DNA of 63,953 nt, counting the filler, from Folioceros fuciformis (Eukaryota), in the NCBI GenBank assembly GCA_049999805.1. It is 11 parts of 11 records of this genome, joined end to end, with 100 filler letters (N's around TTAATTAATTAA, not from the genome) between each part and the next. Parts side by side here need not be neighbours in the genome. Positions count along the whole stretch, not along the records: positions 11,589 to 20,292 come from JBNGIO010001848.1; positions 20,393 to 24,648 come from JBNGIO010001849.1; 9 more parts are not named here. One strand, given 5' to 3'. The position numbers and the translations under genes were made by a program. This document shows positions 11,823-24,748 of the stretch, one piece after another. The notes beneath the pieces are model-generated. The model searched no databases. It was not told the origin of the DNA and worked only from the letters and a program-made list of their open reading frames with translations. The number at the start of each line of letters is the position of its first letter. The first letter of the stretch is position 1.

Positions 11823-12829
11823 TAATTTCATCTCAACAGCCTGGTGGCTTAAAACTCATAACAGTTGTGTTTCTCCGTGTCCGTATGTGTAGATGTAACC
11901 CGCTTGTTTTCGAATCATTCAGTGGGTATGTCCACTCTTTTAGGTTTGACGCTGCCAGGCCTTTTCCTGCTAGTCCTGCCACACAGCCGATGGTGATTCG
12001 GCTTGCTCTGTCTTCATCCATGTTTCTTCCTTAGCATTCAATAGAGTATGTACTGTGTATAGCAAAGCCACAACATGCAGGACTGCTGCCTTACCCAGGT
12101 CTCCTTGTCACCTTGTTTTCTTCACAATTGATGTACTGGTCGTCATCTCTCCAGGTCCAAGATGAAACAGGCATGACGCTGCTATAGTAGGAAGACATAT
12201 AATCCTTGCCGCACAAGCCAAAATGCTGGAAATCGCCCCAGATCACGCATTACAGCAACTGTTTCCTATGTACATAATAGGGCGTGTCATTGTTGTGCTT
12301 TTGTGTTGTATTTGGTTGAGACAAGCCATCGTACGATACTTACGTATTAGATCAAATATGTAAGTATTTGGGCTTCACCCAATCCACTATGGGGTATCCT
12401 AATAGATTTCGCTAATGTGGAATACTTCGTGGACTCATACGCCACCAGCCATTCCATTCCCATGTGACCAAGGTGCGACCCACCGTATACATGCCATGTT
12501 GCTTATCACCCTCGCTCTCCCTCCAAATTGCTTTTGCTTGGATCCCCCTGGACTGCCCACCTTCCAATGCATCACTGAATGGCTTGCCAAGAGTTTGGTG
12601 TCGATTACTTTGAGTGTTGTGGCCCATCACTATGCCATACCACTCTCTCCTAAGTAATTTTTGTTGAACTTGGAGGAAGTTATGGCCATTACAAGTTTGT
12701 TCAAAGACACTTCAAAGGAGAAGGGTTCGTCACATGAGGAGAAAACTCTCTGTGATTTATATATGCTTGCTCAAGCATCTTGATTTGTGAATGTGAAAGG
12801 CAAACGTCATTGTCAAACAATTGCTATGT

Positions 12830-13098
12830 ACGTCACATCGCCCCTTGTACTTGTGGTCATCTACACTTTCTAAGATGCATCCAGATGAGTTCAAACAATT
12901 GCTACATACGTCACATCGGGGTTTTAAGTCACTCTGCACCCTCGCTAGCAACAACCAAGTTTTCTTTAACAACTCCAATTGTTCTCAAAGTCAAGTTGCT
13001 TAGCAATTGGGAGTTACTTTATGTAGATTTGGAGCTATAGGAAATGGAGCAAGCATTGGGAAAATATGTCAACTATTTCATATTGGCCATGGCATCGT
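12830..13098 (+). mobile_element. PIF/Harbinger DDE transposase N-terminal (HTH) remnant
   Basis: DEFKQLLHTSHRGFKSL..VFFNNSNCSQSQVA*QLGVTLCRFGAIGNGASIGKICQLFHIGHGIV, broken at 13099 by an LTR-type insertion. Confidence 0.7.
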
Positions 13099-16000
13099 TG
13101 TAAAACGGAATGTGGAGTTGAATATTGTACCTGGGGGTACCACGAGGTTCACACAAACCCTCTTTGTCGTTATAGCACTGGGATTCGATCCCAAGGGAAT
13201 GATTTGTGTCAAACTACATAGGTTTCCTCTCAAAATCAGTTACTACCCTAAGGGTACTTAACTCCCCAGGACCCTCACTTCTCACGTCCCAGCTACCCAA
13301 GTCACACATGGATGCTCCTATTCTTCCAGTCTCCTTAACGACCCCAGCTCCGGCCACTTCTTCAATCGCCTCAATCACTCCGTCGCCCCTACGATTACTT
13401 CTGTTCAGAACTACCTCCGTTTCCCTCCGGACAACCCCCGTTCCTCTCCGGGTAGCGGTCGCCCATCCGGCTACTCTAGTGGGTCCCACTTTCTCTCCCT
13501 CTCTCTCTCTCTCTCTAACCTGGATTCACCCTCTAATACTTACTTACTAATTCTTTGCCTTCCAAAACCGCCAGCAACTTACTCCTCGTCGCGCTCACCT
13601 GCGAACTCACAGACCTCCGTGCTTACTCGCGCTTACTCGCCAGTTCTCCCGTGCCTCGACCAAAACGCACCAGCGTCCGTCATGCACATCGGCACTCAGA
13701 AAGTCGCGAAGGGACCTCGGGCAGTACAGACCCCAGTCTATCCACGCAACCCCAGCCCGATCCCAGACCGTTTTACACTCAATCGCCTTTCAGCTACACA
13801 CGCACCAAGGTTCTGTCGGCGTTCAATCACTCCGACTTAGCGACTCCACTTCCATGACTCCTCTTTTCCTCACACTCCGGACACTCGTCCATGGTTCGCA
13901 GCGCCCCATCCGCGACGCCTCTAAAGGTTCCCTTTTCGATTATGGTCTCCAGTCCACTCCTCTCTCACATGGGCCTTGGTGGCTTCCACCATGCAGCCAT
14001 CTCGTATTTCTGCCACCACTCTTCACCTCTCACATACACACCCCCAGTGGCGCAGTCCTGTCCTAACGACCATTCAACGTCATGCACTCACTCTCGCTGT
14101 CCTTCTCGATCTCGCTTCTTCACCTGTTCACATTTTCTCGACTCCACACTCGGACTTGCCCCTCCGGGCCTTCTCCTATGAAATTAAGGAATGCTAAGAC
14201 ACCAGGGCTAAGGGAAGGGATACCCGCTTCCACTCTGAACTCGCGGATTCGGCTCCGACGTCTTCACCACCCCACTTGATTGCCCCGAGGATAGTTGGGG
14301 AGCACGTCTCCCACTCGGCGAGGTTCCACCTCCCGATTCGTCCCCGGGCTCAGTCACGGAGCGTCCACCACCTGCACCCACAACCCCAGATCACCACATG
14401 CGCTCGCTTGCCTAGACCTCCTATCCAGCAACGGCCATTGCTAGTTTCCTGCAAGGTTGAGTGGTTGGGCTGATTTTTGCTAATTTTCCAGGGCCTCAAA
14501 CTGGCCTCTTATACACGGTGGTGGCGGTCTTTCCGCTATAAAGTCTATCAGGGGTCAGTCGACGCTCTTAAATTCCAAGCAACTCAAGTCCAAGTAAAAG
14601 CATTCCAAAAAGAACACTATCCTAGCCTGCAATTACTATCGCCTCTCTCCACGCCTCTGGCGCCTTCCCCCTGGTCTGCGCTCGCCTCCTCTCACTGGTC
14701 CCCCTCTTGCTCTCCTACCCCTCCGCTGATCGGGCAGATCTTCCCACAGGATCTCTACGTCACTACTGCTGCTGGACCTTTTCGGCGGCAGCGTAGGTGG
14801 GCCCCGCCGCTGAGAACCACTGTTCCCCCTCCTCCTCTAGTTACTGAGGATGGCAACATGCTCCCGTTCTACCCATCGTTGGGCCTCTTCTTTCGTCAGC
14901 TCCTCCAGGACTGCCTCCGCGTAGCAATGGGGCAGGCATGTCATCCACCAGTTGTTGCGGTAGAGTCCCTTGCGGGTCCTCAGATGCAGGCCATAGCCCC
15001 GTGTCCCTCCTGCGCGCATACGTACATACAGAAACAGTTTAAGAACTCTGGCCCCTTCCACATAAATACTGCAGCACAACCCGACCTTCTGTCATAAAGG
15101 AGGTGCTTACCCCTTCCTCCCTTGGGCTACCTTGGGCTGTTTGCTCCCCATCTTTCTGGGGTACCTGAAGGTCCTTCACCCGTCTAGCTGTTGCTTCCTC
15201 CGACTCTGTCCTTCTGGTGTGGATCAATCTCCTGGAGTGCCTAAGCTCAGGTGCCTTCGCTGTTTCTTCCTTGGTTCTCAGGGCTGGTCCTTCGGCTCCT
15301 CTGGGCTCAGCCGGGCTACCGGTAGCCCTAGCGACTACTCGGCTACCAGTAGTCCGCTCTACTACCAGTTCCCCTGCTCGACTACCGGTAGCCCCTTCAG
15401 CTACCGGGGTCGCCGTTTGACTTGGGCGCTCAACCTTACCCTTCCCCTTCACTCTCTCTCTGGCTTCGTCTCGCTCCCGCTTGTACCTGTCAGCCAGCTT
15501 CTAGGCCTGTTCCACGGCTGCTATCTCCAGCTCCTGCGCCTTAGCCATCTCCTGTTGTATCTCCAGGTTAGTCTCATAGGCCTCCCTCACCTGAGCTAGT
15601 AGGATCCCTTGTTGCTCCCTTAGTGCTTGGACCTCGGCCTTCGCCTGGCGTGCCTCTTCCTCAGCCTGTGCCCTCTCCTTATCCAGGACCCGCTATCTCT
15701 TCTCCAGCAGTTGCCACGCCGACTCTGATTCTGCCAGTAGCCTCTGGGCTTCAGCCTCCTGCTGGCATGCCTCTGCTTCCTTTCCTCGGGCCTCGGCTTC
15801 CCGTTCCGCCTACACACTCAACCAGGTCAATGCCCTAGCAGCCTGGTCCAGGAGATCTGCTTGGGCCTGCTCCATCGCGGCAGTCAGCCCTGACAGATCC
15901 ACCTCCTGCGTTTCTCCAACAGTCATTCCTATCGCCGTAATCTGCTTGTCAAGAAACTCCCTCAGCTTCTCCAGGTCTCCCACCTGCAGCCTGTCCTTCT

Positions 16001-16757
16001 AAGAAATGCTCCTGAAGATTTCCTCCCATCCTGAAAAAGCTCCTTGCGCCGAAACGTGCCCTAATTCGCTCTCATGCCTAGGAGGAATTAACTCGGCGGC
16101 TAATGTCTGCTTCTGAGGCTCTTCCAGTCCTGCTTCATCCTGCCCCTACTCCTCCAATCCTTGATCCGTGACTCCCTGGTCAGCGAGCTCTTGTTCTACC
16201 TCCTGTTCCTATACAGCCCGCTTCTCTGTCTGACCTTCGGTTCGCTCCAGGGCTGTCTCCGATGTCTCCGGCTACTTCCTCCTCTCGTGCTCTGCCCGCT
16301 GACCCATCTCCTCTTAGCAAGGGTCTTCCTCTGAGCTGCTATCCTCTTCTTAGGCCTGACGAGAACCTCCCCCTCCGAGCTGTCCCCACTCCCCGACACC
16401 CAACTGCTGGAGTCAGCCTTCACTGGCTCAATAGGCTTCCATTTTACATCCCTAATTGGCCTCCACATGTGCAGTGAGGCCAACACCTCCAGTTTTGACA
16501 CCAGGTTAGCATAACTATAAATATGAACTAGAAACGGGGAAATCATCGAGGGCTGAGGAGAGGGCAGGGTCAGATTCTGCCTCTCCTCATCCATCCTGGC
16601 ATACAAAATTTTTCCCCAATCAATCTTGGTCCCCTTCACTACCTCATGCACAAACAGGAGCATCTGGTCAGATAGATAATCCTGTTTGCGAACCTGGAGA
16701 AAACTAAGAAACCACCTGGCTAGACCCATCAGCTGCGGGCTCGCCATGTCGCGTACT
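13099..16757 (-). mobile_element. Long LTR-like segment carrying a decayed accessory ORF (16747 to ~15039), 5'-truncated
   Basis: Minus strand ends ...CCGTTTTACA at 13099. The ORF has IDWGKILY..SPFLVHIY, an acidic/basic linker, an E/A/Q/R coiled coil and ATGS repeats, the same layout as 6904-9432. Confidence 0.65.
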
Positions 16758-16789
16758 AGCTAGAAACTATGAGAGAGATGTACTACCGT

Positions 16790-18070
16790 TAACTCATGTA
16801 TGAACTTCTACTCTTGAACGGCTATCTACAGACTCTTATCATTGCCAAAATTCTTCTCGAACTTCTAAATGATGTCTTTCATTTCTTCGCGATCCAGCTT
16901 TGCATCAAGAATAGAATTCCCCATCTCCATTTGCTTCATGTCAAGCTTGGTTTTGTTGTCCTTTTTGGCAATTTCTAGTTTCAAATGTTTCTCCTCCCGT
17001 TGTGCAACTTGTTGTGATTCTCTCTCCTCTCTCATTGCAATTTGTTGGACTTGGAATCTTCTTTCTCCCACGCCAACTTCTCTAACTCTATTGCTTGTCG
17101 CACTTTCATTACTGGAGAAATTATTACCAACAAGTGCTTCCAAGCCACAACTTACTTTGTGCTCTGGCCTTAGCAGCCATATGGAGAGAGTGTGCAAAAG
17201 AGTTGGTGCTTTTGTTATCACGTGCACTTGGACCTACATCAAGTTTGGCCGGTGCCCTCCTGCTATCTACTTTTCCAGCATCAGCCTTCGATTTGTGTGA
17301 ACTAGTGGATGATGGAGAGTGCAAACTATTTCGTTTGCTCCCGACTTTAAGTCCCTGTAGTTCATTGTCACCAAGTTCCATAGAAGCACCAATGATGGCA
17401 TCATCCACAGCTAGAGAATCAAGATCTACTACTTCATGATCCTTATAAATGCTATCCAAATCTTCTGTAGCATTAAGCATACTAGTGAAGCATTCTACAT
17501 CTCTTGCTGTATTTTCAAGTTGTGAGGGCATAGTAAAACCTTGTTAGGTGCCCTCTAGGTTCTACTCAAGATTATTTGCATTAACCTCAGCTTCAGGGAG
17601 GATTGGCATGCCTTCATCCAAGGAACGATGCAGCTGACCTCCTTATGTGCCTTCAACCCCCTGATTGTATTCAAAATGAGGCCCAATGTTTGCCCTACTA
17701 CCAAACAGTTTGTCCATTCTATAAAAAAGAGGATAACATTTCAACCTTTCGCTCGTGTAAATCCCTTTAGCTCTATTAGATTCATCCAAACCAAAACCGG
17801 TTTTGTCAAGAAGGGCCTTTGTCTTTGTGTATCTTTGCTTGTAAGTCTTGAAGCTCCCTCGCGTAGTTGTATCATTTAGCATAAGGTGACCCTTGCTAGC
17901 TAGAGTGACATGATCAGCTAGTTTTTTGTATCCTAGAGTAGCTGGTACACAGGTCATCCCAATGGAAGTCTTACCTTGCTCTCCCCTAAGCATGCTTTAT
18001 TAGTCAAATTTTCTAACCATATCACAATTGTAGCATAATCTGTATAGCTAAGATGCGCCTTTTTGTTAAT
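16790..18070 (-). mobile_element. Harbinger-associated Myb/SANT-like partner gene, decayed
   Basis: GYKKLADHV..FKTYKQRYTKTKAL..TGFGLD..CYPLFYRMDKLFGSRANI, followed by a low-complexity linker and charged coiled-coil tail. Convergent with the transposase remnant. Confidence 0.6.
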
Positions 18071-18386
18071 ATATAATTGATGCGTCATTGGGCATACCCT
18101 TCTTCCGAGCTTGTTTTTTGGTAGGAGGCTGAGTTAAGCTTGTTTTTTGGCTTGTTTTTTGGCAGGAGGCTGAGTTAATGGGTTTAGCAAACTGTCCATA
18201 CTTGCATTGCAATCTTGCCCACAGAGAGTCCTGCTAGGTACTTGCACAAAGAGAGAGGCCACAACACCGGATTGAGACATGGCAAGTAGACGACTCTGTG
18301 CACGTACTAGTCAATTCGCCACTTACCACCAAACAGCTCCCCAACTCTAAGAAAGGCACATACAACAACACCTGGATCACGCACTG

Positions 18387-18467
18387 GAGGTGATGAGCTC
18401 ATCATGAGCCTACGAGGTGATGAGCTCATCATGAGCCTACGAGGTGATGAGCTCATCATGAACCTAG
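18387..18467. repeat. 27-bp tandem repeat x3 containing the perfect palindrome TGATGAGCTCATCA
   Basis: gaggtgatgagctcatcatgagcctac repeated, with a partial fourth copy near 18505. Confidence 0.92.
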
Positions 18468-19504
18468 GGGACTGTAACATGGGATTTCAGCGCAGGCAGG
18501 CTAGAGGTGATGAGCTCAAAGGTCTTCAACAATGAGCCGACTCGAAGGTCTTCGGCTGGAGGTGATAAGCCTGAAGGTCTTCAATGATGAGCTGACTACA
18601 TGTTGTATAGTGTAATCGAGATCGAATCACCCATTTGTTTGCTTCATACCCAGAATGCACTATAGGAACCCTCGAGATGCGCACGTTTTTTAATGGTGTG
18701 ACCATACATATCCTACAGGATATGCCTTGGGGCCCGTATCTCGGGGATGCAGTGTACCTGATTTCATGAAACTGCAAGAATGACACACCCTAATGTACAG
18801 ATGTCGTTGGTGCAGCTCCATGGGCCCCATCATGCAAAGCTAGGAGTGACACCTTCTTCCCAATGCCTAGCTCTGGGATCTTCACGATCTTTTTATCCCA
18901 TAACAGCATGTGTATAAAATCCTTTCAGGAGAGGAGTGGCTCACACGATTGCCGGGTGGTCCCGATCCTAACGTCATAATAAGGGTGGAGCACGAAAAGC
19001 TTATGCTAGGAGTTTATAAATTCCAACTACCCCGAAGGCTGTGGCTGGTACTTTCTTGCTTGCATATTCTACTAAGGCAATCTACGAAGATATGCTCTGA
19101 TACCATAATAAAATATAGTTCTACATAGATCAATTAAATGCATAATTACATAATTTATAAAATACATAAGATCAACAACATATGTTCTAATTATTGTTGT
19201 CATAAAACTGGAACTTAAAGTTCATGCTCACATGGTACCAAAGCAACCTACTTCACCAAGCCAACAGAATCCACAATGTGCTCCTTTCGACAATTGGACC
19301 TTGTTCCTGGTGGCCGCTAGGTTTGCTGAAGGGACACCCGAAGTTCCAACTTACCACAAAATTGTACTAATAGCATATCCCTTAGCTTGAACTTCTGGTT
19401 AAGTATATTTTTCTTAAAGTTAGCTTTAATGTTAAATAGTGTTTTAACTTATCTTAGAAAAAAAAGATGTAACTACCCTAAACACTAAACCCTAAACCCT
19501 ATCC

Positions 19505-20292
19505 TTTCTTCTTGTTTTGCACGGCGACCAGGTTACCTCACTAGAACTGTTGCGCCTTCTCCATTTTTCTTATCAAGTCTTAGGAAGTTTGACAACCAAG
19601 TTATGCAGGCTCTTGGGAACATCATAGGTCTGGGCACCTTCGAGTATGCTGTTGGTGATTTGGGTCGGAAGCAGGCTTCTTTGCCAGTAGCCTTTGGAGG
19701 GGTTGGTCTTTTGGCCATAGAGGCCTTTGCCCTAGCTGCCTTTCTCGGCAGCTAGGACCTCTCAGCTCCAATTTTGGCCTCTCGTTTTTTGCTACAAGAT
19801 TCCCCTGTTCTTGAAAGTTTTATTTCAGGTGTTGAGGAGGGCGTTTTCCCTTTACAGGTATCTCTTAGGCAAGCGAGGGATTCTCTACCTTTGGAGGCTC
19901 GTGAGGCTCTACCTCCTTTCACCTCCTGTTCTAAGGAAGGGTTGAAGGGTCTCCAAGCCTCCCTCCTAGGAAAGCAATATGGTCAAGCACTAAGAGCCCT
20001 TCTTTCAGACTCATCCATCCCTAGGTCTTCTCGAGCTTATATTCAATCTTGTTCAAGTAAATGAGCGGGCTCTTGGCTTTTAGCTCGACCTTGCATCCAA
20101 GCGTTTCGAATCGCACCAGCAACTTTAGTCACCGCGATGACATTTCGCTTAGGTTTGGCCCACTCCTTGGCTTTTTCTCTCTCTACATGCAGTTGTGGGG
20201 TTGCCATTGTTGATACAGGGTCCCATTTGGCACGTTGTCCCGTTGGGGGACATCGCATTGCCACTCATGATGCAGTTTGAGATGTCATGTTC
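19505..20292 (+). mobile_element. Non-LTR retrotransposon (RLE/CRE-like) 3' region, decayed
   Basis: QASLPVAFGGVGL..AAFLGS, AGSWLLARP, FRLGL..CSCG..HLARCPVGGHRIATHDAV (zinc knuckle plus the RH-like motif that precedes an RLE domain). Confidence 0.75.
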
Positions 20293-20392
20293 NNNNNNNN
20301 NNNNNNNNNNNNNNNNNNNNNNNNNNNNNNNNNNNNTTAATTAATTAANNNNNNNNNNNNNNNNNNNNNNNNNNNNNNNNNNNNNNNNNNNN

Positions 20393-23300
20393 TGCTATTT
20401 AAGGGAGACAAGTGCATAATTGTTGACAGTGTGGATTCATATGCTGTACTTGCAGAAGGGTTTCCAGTGAATGATATATACCAACTGAGCCTTCAAGGTC
20501 GTAGCTTGCCAATGCTGAATGTTGTTGGTATTCCTGCGAATCTCACACCTAGTGAGACAGCTATGTTGTGGCATCTGCGCTGTGGACATGCACATGGTAG
20601 AAAATTATCAGCAATGTCGAATAGCTCTTTGTATGCTGATGGGATACCTGGTCAAGTGGGGGACTTAACGCTATGTGAGTCGTGCATCTATGGGAAACAT
20701 CATGAGGCTGCTTTTGACAAGACAGGTGCTCATCATGCCTCCACACCTCTAGAACTCGTGCATACGGATATCTGTGGCCCGATTTCAGTACCTTCCATTG
20801 GTGGTGGGTCGTATTTCCTCACTTTTATCCATGACTGCACTCGCTACTGCACTCTGTACATTCTGAAGTACAAGAGTGAAACCCTTCAGCACTTCAAAGA
20901 TTTCCTGCACATAGGTGAGCGGGAAACTGGTCATAGTTTGCGATGCCTCTGATCCGACAATGGTGGGGAGTACATCTCTGGTGAGTTTTAAGCATATTGT
21001 TGGGATCTTGGCATCACGAGGCAACTCACAGTCCCCTACACAGCTCATCTCAACGGCGTCTCAGAGAAGAAGAATCAGCTGTTGCAAGAAACTGCTCGGG
21101 CTTTGCTTAAGCAAGCTAGGCTTCCTAGGCGATATTGGGATGAGGCCATGAACACTGCTAATTATCTACTCAATAGGTTACCAACTCGAGTGTTACCTGG
21201 CAAGATGCCATTTGAGGCGTGGTGGGGACGAAAACCAGCAATACAGCACCTTCGCATTTTCGGTGCTCCAGCATATGCGTTTGTTCCAAAGCCTAAAAGG
21301 AAAACGAAGCTGCACGACAGGGCACACAAGTTAGTGTTCATAGGTTACACTGATGGCATCAAAGCTTATAAGCTTTATGACCCTGAGGCATGCATTGTCA
21401 ACCATGCGCGTAGTGTAGTTTTTGATGAACGACGAGTGATGCATTCCCTACTGCCTCCATTACGTCGGATAGAAGTAAAAATGTTCTACTTGAGACTGTT
21501 GAGGACCCTGACGAGGATGATCCAGTTGATGGGGCACCCATTCTGAGTCATGCTGATGTAGATCAGTTTGAATTTTCATATTTTGGTTAATCTGGCGAGG
21601 ATGATGATTGTCATGTTTTTTATCCTGCAGTCGAGGGTGATAGTATATCACCTGACACCTATACAGAAGAATTGGAAGCAGCATAGCCCATAGAGGAGGT
21701 GCCCATTGCTGATGTACCTGCTTCACAAGTGAGAAGCTCATATAATCTACGTGAAAGAAACAGGCCACGGAAGTAGCCTCCCCTCGAGATCGAAGACTAG
21801 AGGCCAGCTAGGGGGACTAAATTACATAAACAAAAGGTAGACAAGTCAAATGCTTGTAGTGTTGTTACCTTGGAAGTGCCTGCAGTTGAGGCACCTGCAC
21901 CAATACCAGCACCTACTGAGGTGGACAGTGAAGATGTATTTTCAATTGGGCATGCAACCCCGTCCACGTAGTTTGTCCAAGCTATGGTGGCATCCACCTT
22001 CGATCCTGATGAACCAATCTCTATGCAACAAGCATATTCAGGACCTGAGGCAAGACAGTGGAAGAAGGTAGTAGAAGATGAATATGCATCAGTAGTTAAA
22101 AATGGAACCTGAACATTGGAGGAGTTGCCAAAGGGTAGAAAACCTATCTCAAGTAAATGGGTCTTCAAGCGAAAAATGAAAGCTGATAGCAGCATTGAAC
22201 GTTACAAAGCCAAACTAGTGGCAAGAGGGTTTTCTCATATTCCTGGCATAGATTTTACTGACACATTCGCTCTAGTTGTCAAGTTCTCAACCCTTCGGAT
22301 GATTCTTGCCCTAGCTGCACATATGGACCTGGATTTAGAGCAAATGGACGTTAAGACCACTTTTTTACATGGTACTCTTGAAGAAGACTTGTACATGGTG
22401 CAACCTGAGGGCTACGTGAAGCTAGGGACAGAGCATCTAGTTTGTAAGCTAAAGAAAACCTTGTATGGACTTAAACAAAGCCCTAGAGCTTGGAATCAGC
22501 GGATAGATACTTATCTTAAATGGATGGGCTTCAAGCAGGGTGATGCTGACCCAGGACTGTATGTCATGACTGAGGACAAGAGTTTCCTGATACTTCTGTT
22601 CTACGTAGATGACTTAATTATGGCTGCAACCATAGGCAAAGGGAGCTTAATGCAGAAGGTTAAATCACTTCTCAAAAAGGAATTTGAGATGACAAAGTTA
22701 GGGGAACTTACATGGTGCCTTGGAATTGAGATTGCAACAGATAGGAAGGCAAGAAAACTTTCCATCTCGCAGCTTAAGTATGTCAGAGATTGCTTGAAGA
22801 AGTTTAACCTCGAGAATGCGAATGGATGTGCCACTCCGTTGGCCACAGGGCTGAAACTGATGAAGAGCCTGGTTCCCATGTCACCTGAAGAAGCTGAAGA
22901 GATGTCTAGGACACCATATCGGCATGCAGTAGGGACCCTAATCTATGTGTCAAACGTTACACGACCAGATATTGCCTTCCCTGTAAGCCTGGGGTCACAA
23001 TTCTTAGAAAATCCTCACCCTGAGCATTGGAGCCAAGTAAAAAGAACTTTCAGATACCTGAAATCCATCCCGACACATGGAATTACTTATACTGGGACAG
23101 AGGAGGAGCTTTTAACATTGGAGGGCTTCTGCGACTCAGACTGGGCGTCTGACTTGGACAGCAGGAAGTCCCTATCAGCCTTCGTGTTCTTGTTGGCAGG
23201 AGGTCTGGTCGCCTGGACAAGCAAGAGACAAGCAACTATATCAACTTCCAGCACGGAAGCTAAATACAAAGCACTTACAGTAGCTGCGAAAGAAGCAATT

Positions 23301-23561
23301 TGGATCAGGAGGAACCTATCTCATGTTGGGATGAAGCAACCAAGCGCCACCATTCTTCAGTGTGATAATCAGGGCGCCATTGCGCTATCAAAAAGCCCTA
23401 TTTTCCACTCTAAGGTGAAGCATATGGAAATACATCACCATTTCATAAGAGAAGTGGTGAGCAACGGTCAGATGTCAATCCAGTATATTCCTACAGCTGA
23501 GAACCCTGCAGATCTACTAACCAAAGCCCTGCCTAGAGAGCTGCACAACACATGCAAATAG
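20393..23561 (+). mobile_element. Ty1/Copia pol (pre-integrase, integrase, RT, RNase H) with several stops
   Basis: LWHLRCGH..CESC, LELVHTDICGP, SDNGGEY, KWVFKRK..YKAKLVARGF, QMDVKTTFLHG, LYGLKQSPRAW, YVDD, DSDWASD, CDNQGAIAL, ADLLTKAL. Confidence 0.96.
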
Positions 23562-23981
23562 GCTGGGCATAGTAGCCTGTGAGAAGTAACAGCAGACTAT
23601 TTGCCTACACGCCATCCATCAACAAACTGTCAGCTGTGTAGAAGTTTTCCAATTGGTGCCAGGTGAAGTTTCGTCATCAATTCCCACTCACAAAAGGTAA
23701 AACCCTGTCTTCCTGCAGATGAAGGGAGGAGTAGCTTCTGCCTGAATCGTGTCGGAGAGGCTGGCGGCTGAGGGTTTGAGTGGCGGCGGGTGATCATCAA
23801 CATCTGATGTTTGTAGGGCAGCTTCAAGCTCTGCAACTACAGTGTCGAAGATTGTAACAACCCAAGCTAGCGCCACAATCAAGGTCTTAAGCGATTGGCG
23901 GATCAAAAAAAGAGTGAAGCGTAAGATTGACATTAGAAGTTTTTTTAATAGTATAAGATAGGACCTCAAGTGGGGGACCTA

Positions 23982-24388
23982 TGTTGACATATTTGGTCCA
24001 TCTTATTTAGCATATAATAATGTCAAACTTCTAACCTAAAATAAGTAGTTAGGGTTAGAAGGTAGTTACACAAATAATTGTCGTGCGTCACTTGCGCGTG
24101 GGTACACGAACCTACAAGAACTATGTGCGCTATCTTTTCGTTTTTAATGAAGAATTATGTGAAATTGACAAATGAATTAAATTGAACAATTACATTGTAT
24201 ATATATTTATTGTTGTTGTTATTGTGTATATGAAAACTGACTTATAATTAAATCAAGTGATGAGATACTAAGCATCACGTGAACTCCTAAGAGTCACAAC
24301 CTTTCAGAAAGGGTATTAGGTGTCTAGACCTAATTTTTACATAAATATATTTAACCTAGGTAACCCTAAATCCAAGCATGAGTCAACA
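23982..24388 (+). mobile_element. 3' LTR (407 bp) of this Copia element
   Basis: Preceded by PPT AAGTGGGGGA. Perfect 7-bp inverted termini TGTTGAC...GTCAACA. Confidence 0.85.
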
Positions 24389-24440
24389 CTTATCCATAAT
24401 TAACATTTATTTCTTCATTTAATGCAACTTTGTATACACA

Positions 24441-24648
24441 GTGTCACTTCGCTTCTTGGACTTTCCCTTTGAAATGGACCTTCCTCTTACCATGAGGCCA
24501 TTGGAACCTTTCGAAGGTTCCATATTCTTCCTATTCACCTCCTCTGTTAACAGGCTACCTTCTACATTTACAACGGTAAGCCCACTGGCAGAAGCGGAAT
24601 TACTCAGAGCTATACGAAAGGTGTCCCAGCTCTCTGGTAATGTGACCA
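24441..24648 (-). mobile_element. Copia gag (UBN2-type) fragment
   Basis: Manual translation VTLPESWDTFRIALSNSASASGLTVVNVEGSLLTEEVNRK..LMVRGRS resembles Tnt1-type gag. Confidence 0.75.
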
Positions 24649-24748
24649 NNNNNNNNNNNNNNNNNNNNNNNNNNNNNNNNNNNNNNNNNNNNTTAATTAA
24701 TTAANNNNNNNNNNNNNNNNNNNNNNNNNNNNNNNNNNNNNNNNNNNN

